Below the pieces are notes generated by a model. The model ran no database searches, was not told the DNA's origin, and was given only the letters and a program-made list of their open reading frames with translations. A DNA stretch of 64,000 bases from Eledone cirrhosa. Its lineage: Eukaryota. The stretch covers positions 337,342,001 through 337,406,000 of the forward strand of contig OZ024743.1 of the NCBI GenBank assembly GCA_964016885.1, written 5' to 3'. Of this stretch, positions 35,101-46,094 are shown piece after piece. The translations under genes were made by a program, and so were the position numbers. Within the stretch, counting starts at the first letter, position 1. Each line of letters starts with the position of its first letter.

Positions 35101-36110
35101 CACCAACAATACGACCAACGGCACTACCACCAACAACAACACCAACAGCACCACCAACACCAACAATACGACCAACACCACTACCACCAACAACATCAAC
35201 AACAGCACCACCAACACCAACAATACGACTAACACCACTACCACCAACAACAGCACCACCAACACCAACAATACGACCAACACCACTACCACCACCAACA
35301 ACATCAACAACAGCACCACCAACACCAACAATACGACTAACACCACTACCACCAACAACAGCACCACCAACACTAACAATACGACCAACACCACTACCAC
35401 CAACAACACCAACAACAGCACCACCAACACCAACAATACGACCAACACCTCTACCCTCAACAACACCAACAACAGCACCACCAACACCAACAATACGACC
35501 AACACCACTACCACCAACAACACCAACAACAGCACCACCAACACCAACAATACGACCAACACCTCTACCCTCAACAACACCAACAACAGCACCACCAACA
35601 CCAACAATACGACCAACACCACTACCACCAACAACACCAACAACAGCACCACCAACACCAACAATACGACTAACACCACTACCACCAACAACAGCACCAC
35701 CAACACCAACAATACGACCAACACCACTACCACCAACAACAACACCAACAGCACCACCAACACCAACAATACGACCAACACCACTACCACCAACAACAGC
35801 ACCACCAACACCAACAATACGACCAACACCACTACCACCAACAACAACACCAACAGCACCACCAACACCAACAATACGACCAACACCACTACCACCAACA
35901 ACAGCACCACCAACACCAACAATACGACCAACACCACTACCACCAACAACAACACCAACAGCACCACCAACACCAACAATACGACCAACACCACTACCAC
36001 CAACAACATCAACAACAGCACCACCAACACTAACAATACGACCAACACCACTACCACCAACAACACCAGCACCAGCAGCACCAACACCAACAATACGACC
36101 AACACCACTA
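20773..36110 (+). repeat. 57-nt minisatellite (19 aa [19 protein letters not shown]) with 2.2-3.2-kb higher-order blocks
   Basis: Unit CCAACACCAACAATACGACCAACACCACTACCACCAACAACACCAACAACAGCACCA; ACGACC recurs every 57 nt (e.g. 23281, 23338). Blocks are delimited by frameshift cassettes spaced 2821, 3220, 2179 and 2671 nt. Confidence 0.95.
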
Positions 36111-36521
36111 CCACCAAAACTATCAACAACACCAGCACCAGCAGCACCAGCAGCACCACCAGCACCACCAGCACCATCAACACCACCAACACCAACAATA
36201 CAACCACCACCACTACCACCAAAACTATCAACAACACCAGCACCAGCAGCACCAGCATCACCAGCACCACCAGCACCATCAACACAACCAACACCAACAA
36301 TACAACCACCACCACTACCGCCAAAACTATCAACAACACCAGCACTACCAGCACTACCAGCACCACCAGCACCATCAACACAACCAACACCAACAATACA
36401 ACCACCACCACTACCACCAAAACTATCAACAACACCAGCACTACCAGCACCACCCCCAGCACCAGCAGCAGCCCCATCAACGCCAATCAGCCTCTTTGTT
36501 TCCAAAGTTGTATTCAGCTAA
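23224..36521 (+). other. Five further open Pro/Thr-frame segments downstream of the first stop (~23224-26020, 26045-29240, 29265-31419, 31444-34090, 34115-36521); status unresolved (3'UTR, pseudogenised tail or recoded)
   Basis: Each segment is stop-free in its own repeat frame. The last degrades into PAPA-rich repeats and ends ...PAAAPSTPISLFVSKVVFS-TAA (36519-36521). There is no GT dinucleotide in the 57-nt array, so canonical splicing cannot remove the cassettes. Confidence 0.6.
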
Positions 36522-36721
36522 GAATGTTGCAGCTAACGTGATATTAGCTGGTAGAAAGAACGATTCAGTTAAAGCCTCTTCGACCTTAAACTATTTTATA
36601 TTTGGTTAAATAGAGAAATATTAACAAATAATGACTACAACAACTAATTAAAAAAAAAAAAAGAAGCAACAACAAAACCAAACGGTGATAGTAGCAACAA
36701 AAATGTTTAAATAGAATGAAC

Positions 36722-37095
36722 CTTGTGCAATGACCGAAAGAATACAATCGCAAATACAAGCGGCCGAAATGGGGTTCCTCCGAAGGGTCTATGGAGTAAC
36801 GTTACTCGATAGAGTCCGTAGCTCGGAGATCAGAGAATCACCTCAGGTAGAGTCGATGCTTCTCCGAATTGATAGATCACAGCTCCGATACTATGAAAAA
36901 ATCGCCGGACAGATATTACGGCAAAACCAACCGGCAGGAGACCCAGGGGTAGACCATGAGCAAGATGCTAGGCTGGTCTCGCTTGGGGATCCAGTTAGAA
37001 ACGGTTGCTTCTGACAGAACCGACTGGAAGGAGTGTTTGAAGTCTCTGCCACCTCGACCCTCTCAGGTGTAAGTGGGCAAAGAAGAAGAAGAAGA
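36722..37095 (+). mobile_element. 3' fragment of a non-LTR retrotransposon (RTE-like)
   Basis: Translation IQAAEMGFLRRVYGVTLLDRVRSSEIRE matches the post-RT C-terminal motif of RTE-type LINEs; ends in an (AGA)n tail at ~37081-37095. Confidence 0.65.
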
Positions 37096-37212
37096 TATAG
37101 AGATATTTAGAAAAACATGTCTCCTCGTCAGAAATAACTAAATTAGATTAATGTTTGTATATCTGTTTTTATTACTCTTTTATCCTCTCCCACTTTCGCT
37201 CTCTCCCCGCCC

Positions 37213-37399
37213 TCTCTCTCATATATATATAATGTGTGTGTGTGTGCGTGTGTATATATATATATATGTGTGTGTGTGTGTATGTGGACATATACATGTA
37301 TATATATGTGTTTATATATATGTATGTATCTATCTATGTCTATCTATTTATCTTTTTATCTCTCTCCCTCTCTCTCTCTCACTCTCTCTCTCTCTCTCA

Positions 37400-37467
<68 letters not shown>

Positions 37468-37485
37468 TATATATATATACATATA
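37213..37485. repeat. Compound microsatellite (CT)n/(TA)n/(GT)n
   Basis: Direct reading. Confidence 0.95.
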
Positions 37486-37906
37486 AACATGCACACATAT
37501 TTACAAATTATGGTTGCACAGAAATGATAACAACAACAGCAGCAACAACAACAACAAATGTATAATATTTCTTTTTTATTTTCTACGCACCATCAGAAGA
37601 GTAAATCTGTTCTGACCAGGCAGTACTGTAATTCTCAGTACATAAATACCATGTTTTCTTTCACAATTTATGAGGTACAGGTTTGAAATGGACAGTAAAA
37701 TAGCAAGTTTTTCTATTAGAGCATTAATAAAAACAAGATTCGCATAAATGTTTGGTAGAACATTCCTTCCTATACATATGTTCATATCTGTAGAGTCAAA
37801 CGTGTAATTATTTGATGCAGAAATGACGTCATACATATAGTTTTGAATAAATTTCTTTTGCAGTTCCACATATGGCATGAAAGGGAAAATATTACTGGAG
37901 CAATAA

Positions 37907-38085
37907 TTCTTTCTAACATTGGCATAAGGCAGCAATTTGGGGGAAGAAAATTATCGATTATATAGACACCAGTATTTAACTGGTACTTTATTATATCGAC
38001 CCTGGAAGGACGAAAAGCAAAGTTGACCATGGCAGGATTTGAACTCAGGCCGTCGAAAGTGTTAACTAAATGCTGCAAAATAACT
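37907..38085 (-). mobile_element. tRNA-derived SINE (Octopus-type family), partial
   Basis: Shares the core CTGGTACTTTATT..ATCGACCC..AAGGA.GAAAGGCAAAGTT.ACC..GGC.GGATTTGAACTCAG with several other copies in the window. Confidence 0.8.
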
Positions 38086-38116
38086 GAACACATACCTAAT
38101 ATATTAGGGTAGCTGA

Positions 38117-38342
38117 AAGGTGATGGATTGCCAGAATAATTAGAGTGTCAGATGAAATGCTATTGCGGTATTTGTTATGACTCTTTACGTTCTGAGTTCA
38201 AATCCCACCGAGTTTAGCTTTATCTTTCGTCCCTGCGGGGTCGATAGAATAAAACACAAGTAAGTCACTGGCGTCAATTTAATCGACTTTACCTTTCCTT
38301 TCAAATTGCTGGCCTTGTGCCAAAAGTAGACATAATTATTAT
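38117..38342 (+). mobile_element. tRNA-derived SINE (same family)
   Basis: B-box-like GAGTTCAAATCC, followed by the family core and the GGCCTTGTGCCAAAAGTAGA tail. Confidence 0.8.
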
Positions 38343-38516
38343 AAGACATATGCCATAAGGTCAAGGTTAAACCATTTTGACACGAAAACGGTTTAAGCAT
38401 GACCATAGGGCGTATATGCCTTATAATAACTAAACTCTACTTTTCTCGAAGTATGAAATACTAAGTTTAATAATTGTTTTATTAGTCTTAAGTAGAATAC
38501 ACACACACACACACAC

Positions 38517-38563
<47 letters not shown>

Positions 38564-38772
38564 GAAAGGATAACAAGGACGATTGATTACTCCTTCATTG
38601 CATTTATTGGTAGGTGACGCGTGTTTCGCCACTGATCAGCTCAAGGTTCGATCTGTATCGATCCTACCCGACTCAATAATCGGCGGCTCGACAGAACCTT
38701 TAAAATGCGAAACGCGCGCCACCTACCAATAAATGCAATGAAGGAGTAATCAATCGTCCTTGTTATCCTTTC
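38564..38772. repeat. Inverted repeat, ~66-bp arms (38564-38629 / 38707-38772)
   Basis: GAAAGGATAACAAGGACGATTGATTACTCCTTCATTGCATTTATTGGTAGGTG... is mirrored almost perfectly; the left side abuts (TA)n. Confidence 0.9.
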
Positions 38773-38860
38773 AATATATTACACACTGAGGTGAACCTAA
38801 ACATCGAGTAGTCTCCCAGGGGAACCTGCAGTAACTCCAAGTTACACCCCCTGGATATAT

Positions 38861-39033
38861 ATATAGTTACAATATACTTATAAACCAACATTAAAAGTTA
38901 AAGACATTTAATCACTGATCTATTGTTTTTTCCTAGACAGCAAATTACTGTGGTATATTCCTATGGGAAGAAACAATTGTCAGTGATTGTCTTGAAGTTT
39001 TAATGTTGGTTTATATACATATTGTAACTATAT
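38861..39033. repeat. Imperfect inverted repeat, ~70-bp arms
   Basis: ATATAGTTACAATAT..TATAAACCAACATTAAAA is mirrored by TTTTAATGTTGGTTTATA..ATATTGTAACTATAT. Confidence 0.85.
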
Positions 39034-39266
39034 ACTATGCTTGATCGTAGTGGTGAATTAAATATACCTAGTAAATGAGTAACATTTACTCTCATTAATA
39101 TTACTGTATATATATATATATATATACTAATATAAAACAGGACGAAGTGTTAGGTCCTCATTACGTTTGTTGAGGTGTGACGCGCGTTTCGCGATTGATC
39201 AGTTCAAGGTTCGATCTGTATCAATCTGGCTCGTCTCTGGAATCAAAAGCTCATCGGACGTTACAA

Positions 39267-39301
<35 letters not shown>

Positions 39302-39329
39302 TTCTCTCTCTCTCTCTATCTCTCTCTCT

Positions 39330-39402
<73 letters not shown>

Positions 39403-39439
39403 AATGAAATGACAGGAGGCTGGACTTGAAAGGTTTATT

Positions 39440-39497
39440 ATACTATGATCATTTCAATGACCGGGTTCCGTATGAATCCGGTGATATCATCAGGTAT
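39440..39497 (-). ncRNA. Type I hammerhead ribozyme motif (Penelope-like-element type)
   Basis: Minus strand reads ATAC-CTGATGA-tatcACCGG..CCGGTcatt-GAAA-TGATCA-TA-GTAT-AATAAA: complete core, stem I ATAC/GTAT, palindromic stem III, AUA cleavage triplet, then a poly(A) signal. Confidence 0.7.
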
Positions 39498-39703
39498 TCG
39501 AAATATAATAAGTGAATGTAATAGATAAAATCCATATATATATAAAGAAAGTGCTCAAGCGCAGAAATGCTATAAAGATAGCATATAAAATAGGGTGAAG
39601 ACCCTTAAAAGACGGCAAAGGAATTTGCCAACGACCGCAGACCGCAATATATATGTAGTGGTAGAGATGTGTTTACGTTTGTGTCTGAGTTCACGTTTAT
39701 GTA

Positions 39704-39871
39704 CAGTATTTCCAGGCGTCGGAGACGCTACTTTTCCCCCAAAATAAGTCTCAAAAATCTACCATGCGTCCTGGAAGCCGAAGGTTGGTGATTATTTTTT
39801 TTCAAATTTTTGGTTGTCAAAAGTAGGGTGCGTCCTCGAGGACGAAGCTTCTTCGGCGCCGGGAAATACGG
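39704..39871. mobile_element. MITE, Tc1/mariner superfamily (pogo/Tc2-like termini)
   Basis: Imperfect TIRs CAGTATTTCCAGGCGTCGGAGA / TCTTCGGCGCCGGGAAATACGG; TA on the left flank. Confidence 0.6.
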
Positions 39872-40046
39872 CAATTTAGCGATTAGACAACAACAAAAAA
39901 CGACAACAACAATAGAATAAATGTCAGAATTGGAAGAAAGTACTGATTGGTGGTTAATATGATCGACTAAATCAAAGCCGGTGCTCCAGCATGGCCGCAG
40001 TCTAATGGCCGAACCCAGCAGAGATAGATAGATAAATACAATGAAA

Positions 40047-40240
40047 GAATAATTGTTTCTACTTTTGGCACACGGCCAGCAATTACCCAGTAAATTACGG
40101 GTACTTTATTTTATCGACCCCGTAAGGATGAAAGGCAAAGTTAACCTTGGCGGGATTTGAACTCAGTCCGTAAAGGGACGTAACTCTGTGCTGCAAAGCA
40201 TGGCGTCCTACCTTCTACCGATACTGCCAATCCACCACCC
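40047..40240 (-). mobile_element. tRNA-derived SINE (same family)
   Basis: Near-identical to the copy at 55905-56091. Confidence 0.85.
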
Positions 40241-40457
40241 CAAAGAAAGACTAATAAAATAATAGAAGTTCTACGATATAGTTTTATGACTATAACAGAG
40301 AGTGTGGTGTTTATACAACATTGATATACAATGGTCCAGACACTTGAGCGCTTTTCTCTTAGAATTGGTAAATACATTGCAATGTGTTTATAGGAACACT
40401 TAAATAGCTCTGGTGTTAACACTAGAGAATTACCTTTATCTATGTCTGGCAAAATTG

Positions 40458-40488
<31 letters not shown>

Positions 40489-40845
40489 TGTTTTGTAAGG
40501 TTTTGTTTTGTGCTGAGCAGCTTTTTTTTCCTCTATCACACTATCTTCTACATAACCCCCCTTCTTCTCTGTTATATATATGTGTGTGTGTGTGTGTGTG
40601 TGGGGGGGGGGGGTTGTGTCTGTCTGTGTGTGTACTTGTGTGCGTGCATGTGATCGTCTTAACGTAGTCCAACTGATGCTCACACACACACCTACACACA
40701 CACACGCATATATATATATATATATTTATTTTTATATGGGGATAACCGACCTGGAATGTGCAAACCACTCTCTCTCTTTCTCTCTCTCTATATATATTTA
40801 TATATATAAGAGTCAAGGAAAAATAACTGATGACTAATAAAGTGA

Positions 40846-40873
<28 letters not shown>

Positions 40874-40876
<3 letters not shown>

Positions 40877-40977
40877 ACAAATTTAATATAGAAATGACTT
40901 CTACATGACTACAAATATTTCATTTGAATGAAACAGTTCTAGTCATGTAGAAGCCATTTCTATATTAAATTTGTTGT
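40874..40977. repeat. Inverted repeat, ~50-bp arms with almost no spacer
   Basis: ACAACAAATTTAATATAGAAATGACTTCTACATGACTA is mirrored by TAGTCATGTAGAAGCCATTTCTATATTAAATTTGTTGT; abuts (TA)n. Confidence 0.9.
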
Positions 40978-41053
40978 ATACACTCTAGTAAGGCATTGAC
41001 CACCTTACTTACTGTGGTTACCCTCGATTGCACTCGGGACTCACAGACACACA

Positions 41054-41140
<87 letters not shown>

Positions 41141-41537
41141 GCATGTGTATGTATGTGTGGGAGTGTATTAGATCACTGTAGTTTGAATGTAAAATTAGGA
41201 AATAGAGTTAACTGTTGCCAAAATTATTTTAGAAAATCCTGTGCAATGCAAGCTGGAAATAGAGGAGTAAAAATAGAAGCCAAGTAAAGCAAAACACCAG
41301 TTTACACTTTTATCTTTCGTTGTTAAGAGATACCATTTCGTTACAATCCTCTATTTTTCTCTTGATAAAGGTATTTTAAGATCGAAATATCGAAATATAT
41401 GTTAAAAGGGAAAACTGTTGTTTTATTTTACTTCTTTATTTCTAGTTTACATTGTGAGTGGCTTTCTATAAGAATTTTAGTAGTTTTGAATACGCGTGCC
41501 CACACAAACATGCACACACAAACATGCACACACATAT

Positions 41538-41618
<81 letters not shown>

Positions 41619-41638
41619 CACACATATATATATATATA

Positions 41639-41738
41639 CAGGTTTGTCCCAAAAAATACATACATACTTCAACACAATTCTATTAAATATTGCCTGCACA
41701 GGTAATCAAAGTGTATATATTTCTTTTGGGACACCCTG
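41639..41738. mobile_element. 100-bp MITE, Tc1/mariner-type
   Basis: TIRs CAGGTTTGTCCCAAAA / TTTTGGGACACCCTG, inserted in (TA)n with TA on both sides. Confidence 0.75.
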
Positions 41739-41839
41739 TATATATATATATATATGCAAATATATATATATATAATATTATGGATACTATTTATGGTTAT
41801 GTATATATTAAAACTTTTTATAGTTATGTATATTTTAAA

Positions 41840-43045
41840 CCCTAAACAGTGAAGGTCAGTAATTTATTACTACCTTATTACCAGTAAGATAAATAGCTCA
41901 ATGTAATAACATCAGTTGTTCTACAGAGCAGTTATATAGAATTCACAAGAATCAAAGCAATGTTCAAAGCATTTATTCACTTACAATTGTTTCATCCAAA
42001 CCTAGGCTTGGATTAGGTTATATTAAAATATAAACCCAATTTAAGTGTTTGGGGTACTAACAAAATGTATAATGTGGAAAAACCAGTTGTATTATTTTAT
42101 GAGATATAATTAAAGTTAAAGTATATCTCTCTTTCCAAACAATTGTTTCATTATAAGTTTTCTACAAGTTTGGGAGAATGTTTCCAGTTTATGTAGAAGC
42201 CTAATATATATTCATGTAAGAATATGTTTAGGTGGGCACTTATAAATCGTCAGTAATTTATTAAACATTGAAATAAGAAAACAATTTCTTACCGCTGTCA
42301 AAAATCATGTCCGTAAAGTAACTCTCTCTCACCTCGAATGACCGCCAAATTTGAAATTCCAGCAGTTTTTGACTGAGGAAGTATCATAGCGACACGAAGC
42401 GGGAAGGGGAGACAACCCACGAAATGAGGAAAAAAATAATATACACGCGGGTTAATTAGTTTTTTTGAAAACATTATCAATCCGACGTGTTTAAGAACTC
42501 AATTGAAAATAAAAAAATAAATATATGCTTGTATAAATTACACACGCATATAGATATTTTCTTAGGCTAAACCAGAAGTTGTACCCGAATAAGAACCGCT
42601 TCTCATAACCGCAGTAAATGCAGAAAGTTATGCTATAAAGGGCAAATGGGAATATAATTCTCCGGCCGAAATATTAAGAGTAAAATATAAAACACACGCG
42701 GGTTAATTAGTTATTACAAAACCAATATTAGTTCCTCGTGTAAAGAACTCAATTAATAAAAGAAAATAAATACACATATGCATGTAATTATATACGTAGG
42801 CATATATTCCTAGGCTAAAAAACAGAGAAGTTACAACCAAAAAAAAGCCACAATATTTCACAACAGTAATAAAAACGGAAAGTCAAATTCATAAGGTACC
42901 TGGAAATAAACACCTCTGGCCAATCAAGAGTAAATATTTAATACAATAACAGAGATAGTTTAAAACTAAACTCTGACTGGTAACCATCTCACTCAACAAA
43001 CATTAGGTTATATTAAAATATAAACCCAATTTAAGTGTTTGGGGT
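41840..43045 (-). mobile_element. Non-autonomous element with terminal direct repeat and hammerhead-like motifs (probably Penelope-like derived)
   Basis: 44-nt direct repeat ATTAGGTTATATTAAAATATAAACCCAATTTAAGTGTTTGGGGT at ~42012 and ~43002; internal ~250-nt tandem duplication (~42440-42930); hammerhead-like core at 42135-42257 (-); diverged relative at ~52440-52710. Confidence 0.5.
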
Positions 43046-43341
43046 GATATATATATATAAATATATATATATAGGTATATTATATTATATTATATTTTAT
43101 TACATTGTATTATATATAATTCCTGCTATATATAACCACCTTTGTTTAGCTCTAGGTTTTTTTTTGCTTTGGACTATATTTGTAATATGGTTCTTAATGT
43201 TATATACATCCTTAGTCATTTTTATTATATATTTTTATTATTTTTATTATATATTTTTGCAATACTTTAGTCTATGTACACTCCATATTCTTCGGAGCTT
43301 CCGGCTTGTATCTGCCGATATTACTTCTTGTTGTTTTAATT

Positions 43342-43379
43342 GCCCTGATGAGTCCTTAATAGGACGAAACATTGTCGGC
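43342..43379 (+). ncRNA. Minimal type I hammerhead ribozyme
   Basis: GCC-CTGATGA-GTCCT taat AGGAC-GAAA-C att G-TC-GGC: perfect core, 5-bp stem II, stem I GCC/GGC, GUC cleavage triplet; AATAAA at 43381-43386. Confidence 0.85.
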
Positions 43380-43426
43380 TAATAAAGACTTTTGATGTAT
43401 TGAAGGCTTCTTTGTTTTACTCTCTT

Positions 43427-43442
43427 AAATATATATATATAT

Positions 43443-43523
<81 letters not shown>

Positions 43524-43540
43524 CATACATACATACACAC
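43427..43540. repeat. (TA)n/(TACA)n microsatellite
   Basis: Direct reading. Confidence 0.95.
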
Positions 43541-43944
43541 ATTACTATACTGTACAACAGAGTATGTCTATACATTTTAACTAACACTGTAATCAATAGA
43601 CAAATGTACAATATCTCTGTGGACAGAAAAAGATTGGATATATTTTTAACTATTTTGGAATTTCAATAAATACATTAGTACTAAGGGCTGCAATATATTG
43701 AATGGCATAAATAATGTCTTGTTAGTAGATAGTTCGAATACTCAGTCGCTGATGGAATCCCAACAAAGAGGGGAAACTAATCCGACTGATCCTTCTTTTT
43801 CTCTCCCAGAAAATATTGTATACAAAAACAGGATATTTAAATCTCGTATTTCTTCTGAGTCTCTACGATCTATGTTCAAATACCCATCAAATATATAGCG
43901 TGTTCTTTAAAAATCTATTGTTATATCTGTTGTGTACTATAAGT

Positions 43945-44096
43945 CAGTCATGGGCAAAATGCGGGCCGCTTGCCACAAAGGCCAGTTTTGCTTTCTGAAT
44001 GGCACGCCTAATTTCAATATTGCCTTAAATGCGACTTGCCTTCTGATGAGCCACATCCTATGCGGCCCACTGCTCGAAAGAATTTGCCCATGCCTG
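43945..44096. mobile_element. hAT-type MITE with 8-bp target-site duplication
   Basis: TIRs CAGTCATGGGCAAA / TTTGCCCATGCCTG; exact TSD CTATAAGT at 43937-43944 and 44097-44104. Confidence 0.85.
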
Positions 44097-44199
44097 CTAT
44101 AAGTATTATAACGATGTATGTAAATAAAAACAATCTGTTTAAATCTGTCTCTATAGAGTGTTGTTTAAACATCTATAGATATTTTTGTTGTACAGTATA

Positions 44200-44392
44200 A
44201 ATATTAAATCCAAAGCACTGCTAACTTGCGCATCCTTTTACAATCTGAGTTCAAATCCTGCCGAAGTTAACTTTGCCTTTCATCCTCGTGGGGTCGATAA
44301 AATAAAGTACCAGTAATGCACTGGGGTCAATTTAATATACTTTCCCTTCCCCAAAATTGTTGGCCTTGTGCCTAAATCATAAACCAATATAT
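44200..44392 (+). mobile_element. tRNA-derived SINE (same family)
   Basis: CTGAGTTCAAATCC...GGGGTCGATAAAATAAAGTACCAG...GGCCTTGTGCC. Confidence 0.8.
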
Positions 44393-44682
44393 TAACATAC
44401 GCATACTCAGATAACGTTTTCCCGCGTACTAATATCTCATTTTTATCAATTCAAAATCTTTAACTTTTAACATCCTGTATGTGAAACGAACTCGCAGCCT
44501 TACGATCGTGAGCTGAAAATCTTGGAAATATTCAGAAATGATTTTGTATGTAACTCGTAGCTTCTAGGCGGCGAGGCGGCTTCGAGGCGGCGTTTCTTGG
44601 AGATTTTATACTCGGTGGAGCCATCTCCTTTCCAGGTCTCAACACAGCCAATTTCTTTCGAAGAAGGAGAGAGAGTGAGTGA

Positions 44683-44731
<49 letters not shown>

Positions 44732-44779
44732 TGTGTGTGTGTGTGATAGAAATGAAGTGAGAAAGAGATATACAAGAAG

Positions 44780-44937
44780 TATCAATCCCAGTATTGAACT
44801 GATACATTTTTTATCTATCTTCAAATGATGAAAAGTAAAGTTGGCTTCGGCGGAATTTGAACTCAGAATGCAGAGAGCCAGAACGAATAACGAAATGCAT
44901 TCTGATTGACGTTCTAGCGTCTCTGCCAACCGCCTTG
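44780..44937 (-). mobile_element. tRNA-derived SINE (same family), diverged
   Basis: GGCGGAATTTGAACTCAGAA core and a degenerate head. Confidence 0.7.
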
Positions 44938-45134
44938 AAATGATTTAGTAGAAAGTATCTAAAAATGGGTCTGTTAATTCAAATGTTTCTAGTATCTTTA
45001 CTAATGGAAAGATTGTTGTGTGAGTATTCTGTAGTACTTTTCAATGTCTTAATCATGCTGATGTGGTTTCCTGTGGTACAGGATGTTCAGAGTTAAGTTA
45101 ATGAACTCTTACACATATGTTATGAATGCGCGTG

Positions 45135-45450
45135 GAATGGGGCTTGCAATCGGGAGGTTGTGGCTTCGATTCTCAGATCGGGTGATGAGTTGTGTCCTTG
45201 TGCAAGACACTTTATTTCACGTTGCTCCAGTTTACTCAGCTGTAGAAATGAGGTGTGATGTCACTGGTGCTGAGCTGTATCGGCCATTGCCTTTCCCTTG
45301 GACAACATCGGTAGCGTGCAGACGGGGGACTGGTATGCAAGGGCGACTACTGATCTTCCACAAACACCATTGCCCGACTTGTACCTCTGAGAGGAACTTT
45401 CTAGGTGAAAATCCCATGGTCATTTGTGACCAAAGGAGGTCTTTAACCTC
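45135..45450 (+). mobile_element. Second tRNA-derived SINE family
   Basis: tRNA-like head (..GGGAGGTTGTGGCTTCGATTCTC) followed by the SINE-core-like GTGTCCTTGTGCAAGACACTTT...ACTCAGCTGTAGAAATGAG. Confidence 0.55.
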
Positions 45451-45579
45451 TTACCAGTTACACACATATCACTCAACGCATTCTATCAACACTATCACAC
45501 ATTATCTAGTACCATCGGGGAGCCCATCACTACAGCTCCCACAATAACCTCCACAATCACTACCACCATTAATTCTCCC

Positions 45580-45581
<2 letters not shown>

Positions 45582-45641
<60 letters not shown>

Positions 45642-45765
45642 CACCACCACCACCACCACCACCACCACCACCACCACCAACAAAACCACCACCAAAAAAA
45701 CCACCACCACCACCACCACCACCACCACCGCTACTACTACTACTACTACTACTACTGCCACCATT
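45582..45765. repeat. (ACT)n/(ACC)n trinucleotide microsatellite
   Basis: Direct reading. Confidence 0.95.
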
Positions 45766-46062
45766 GTAACATCACAGCTGCAATACTTTAAACAACATTA
45801 AAATTACTACCACTACCACTTCCTAACCGACACCACCACTACCAACAACAACTACAACACACGCGCAATCACCACCACCACCTTGTTACCAACATTCTTT
45901 ACACCTATACCTCAGTTAACTAACATCACGTGTCCTCCACGTCATTATACTATCAAACAACAAACAACAAACAGCAATGCCAAACATTGCTTGAAAGTTA
46001 CAAGCAGTGCAGCAGTGAGCACCATTTTATACCATCTTTCCATCTGTCTATCTATCTGTCTG

Positions 46063-46092
<30 letters not shown>

Positions 46093-46094
<2 letters not shown>

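Noticed and set aside
20773-36110. CRISPR-like regular spacing
   Set aside because: The units are contiguous with no unique spacers, there are no cas genes, and the context is eukaryotic.
434-36505. Dozens of long minus-strand Leu/Val- or Gly/Val-rich ORFs
   Set aside because: They are antisense shadows of the + strand NNA repeat, with no domain content; their starts and stops simply track rare repeat variants.
44043-44090. CTGATGAG...CTCGAAA hammerhead-like string inside the hAT MITE
   Set aside because: There is no stem III or NUH cleavage triplet after GAAA, and the sequence is explained by the MITE end.
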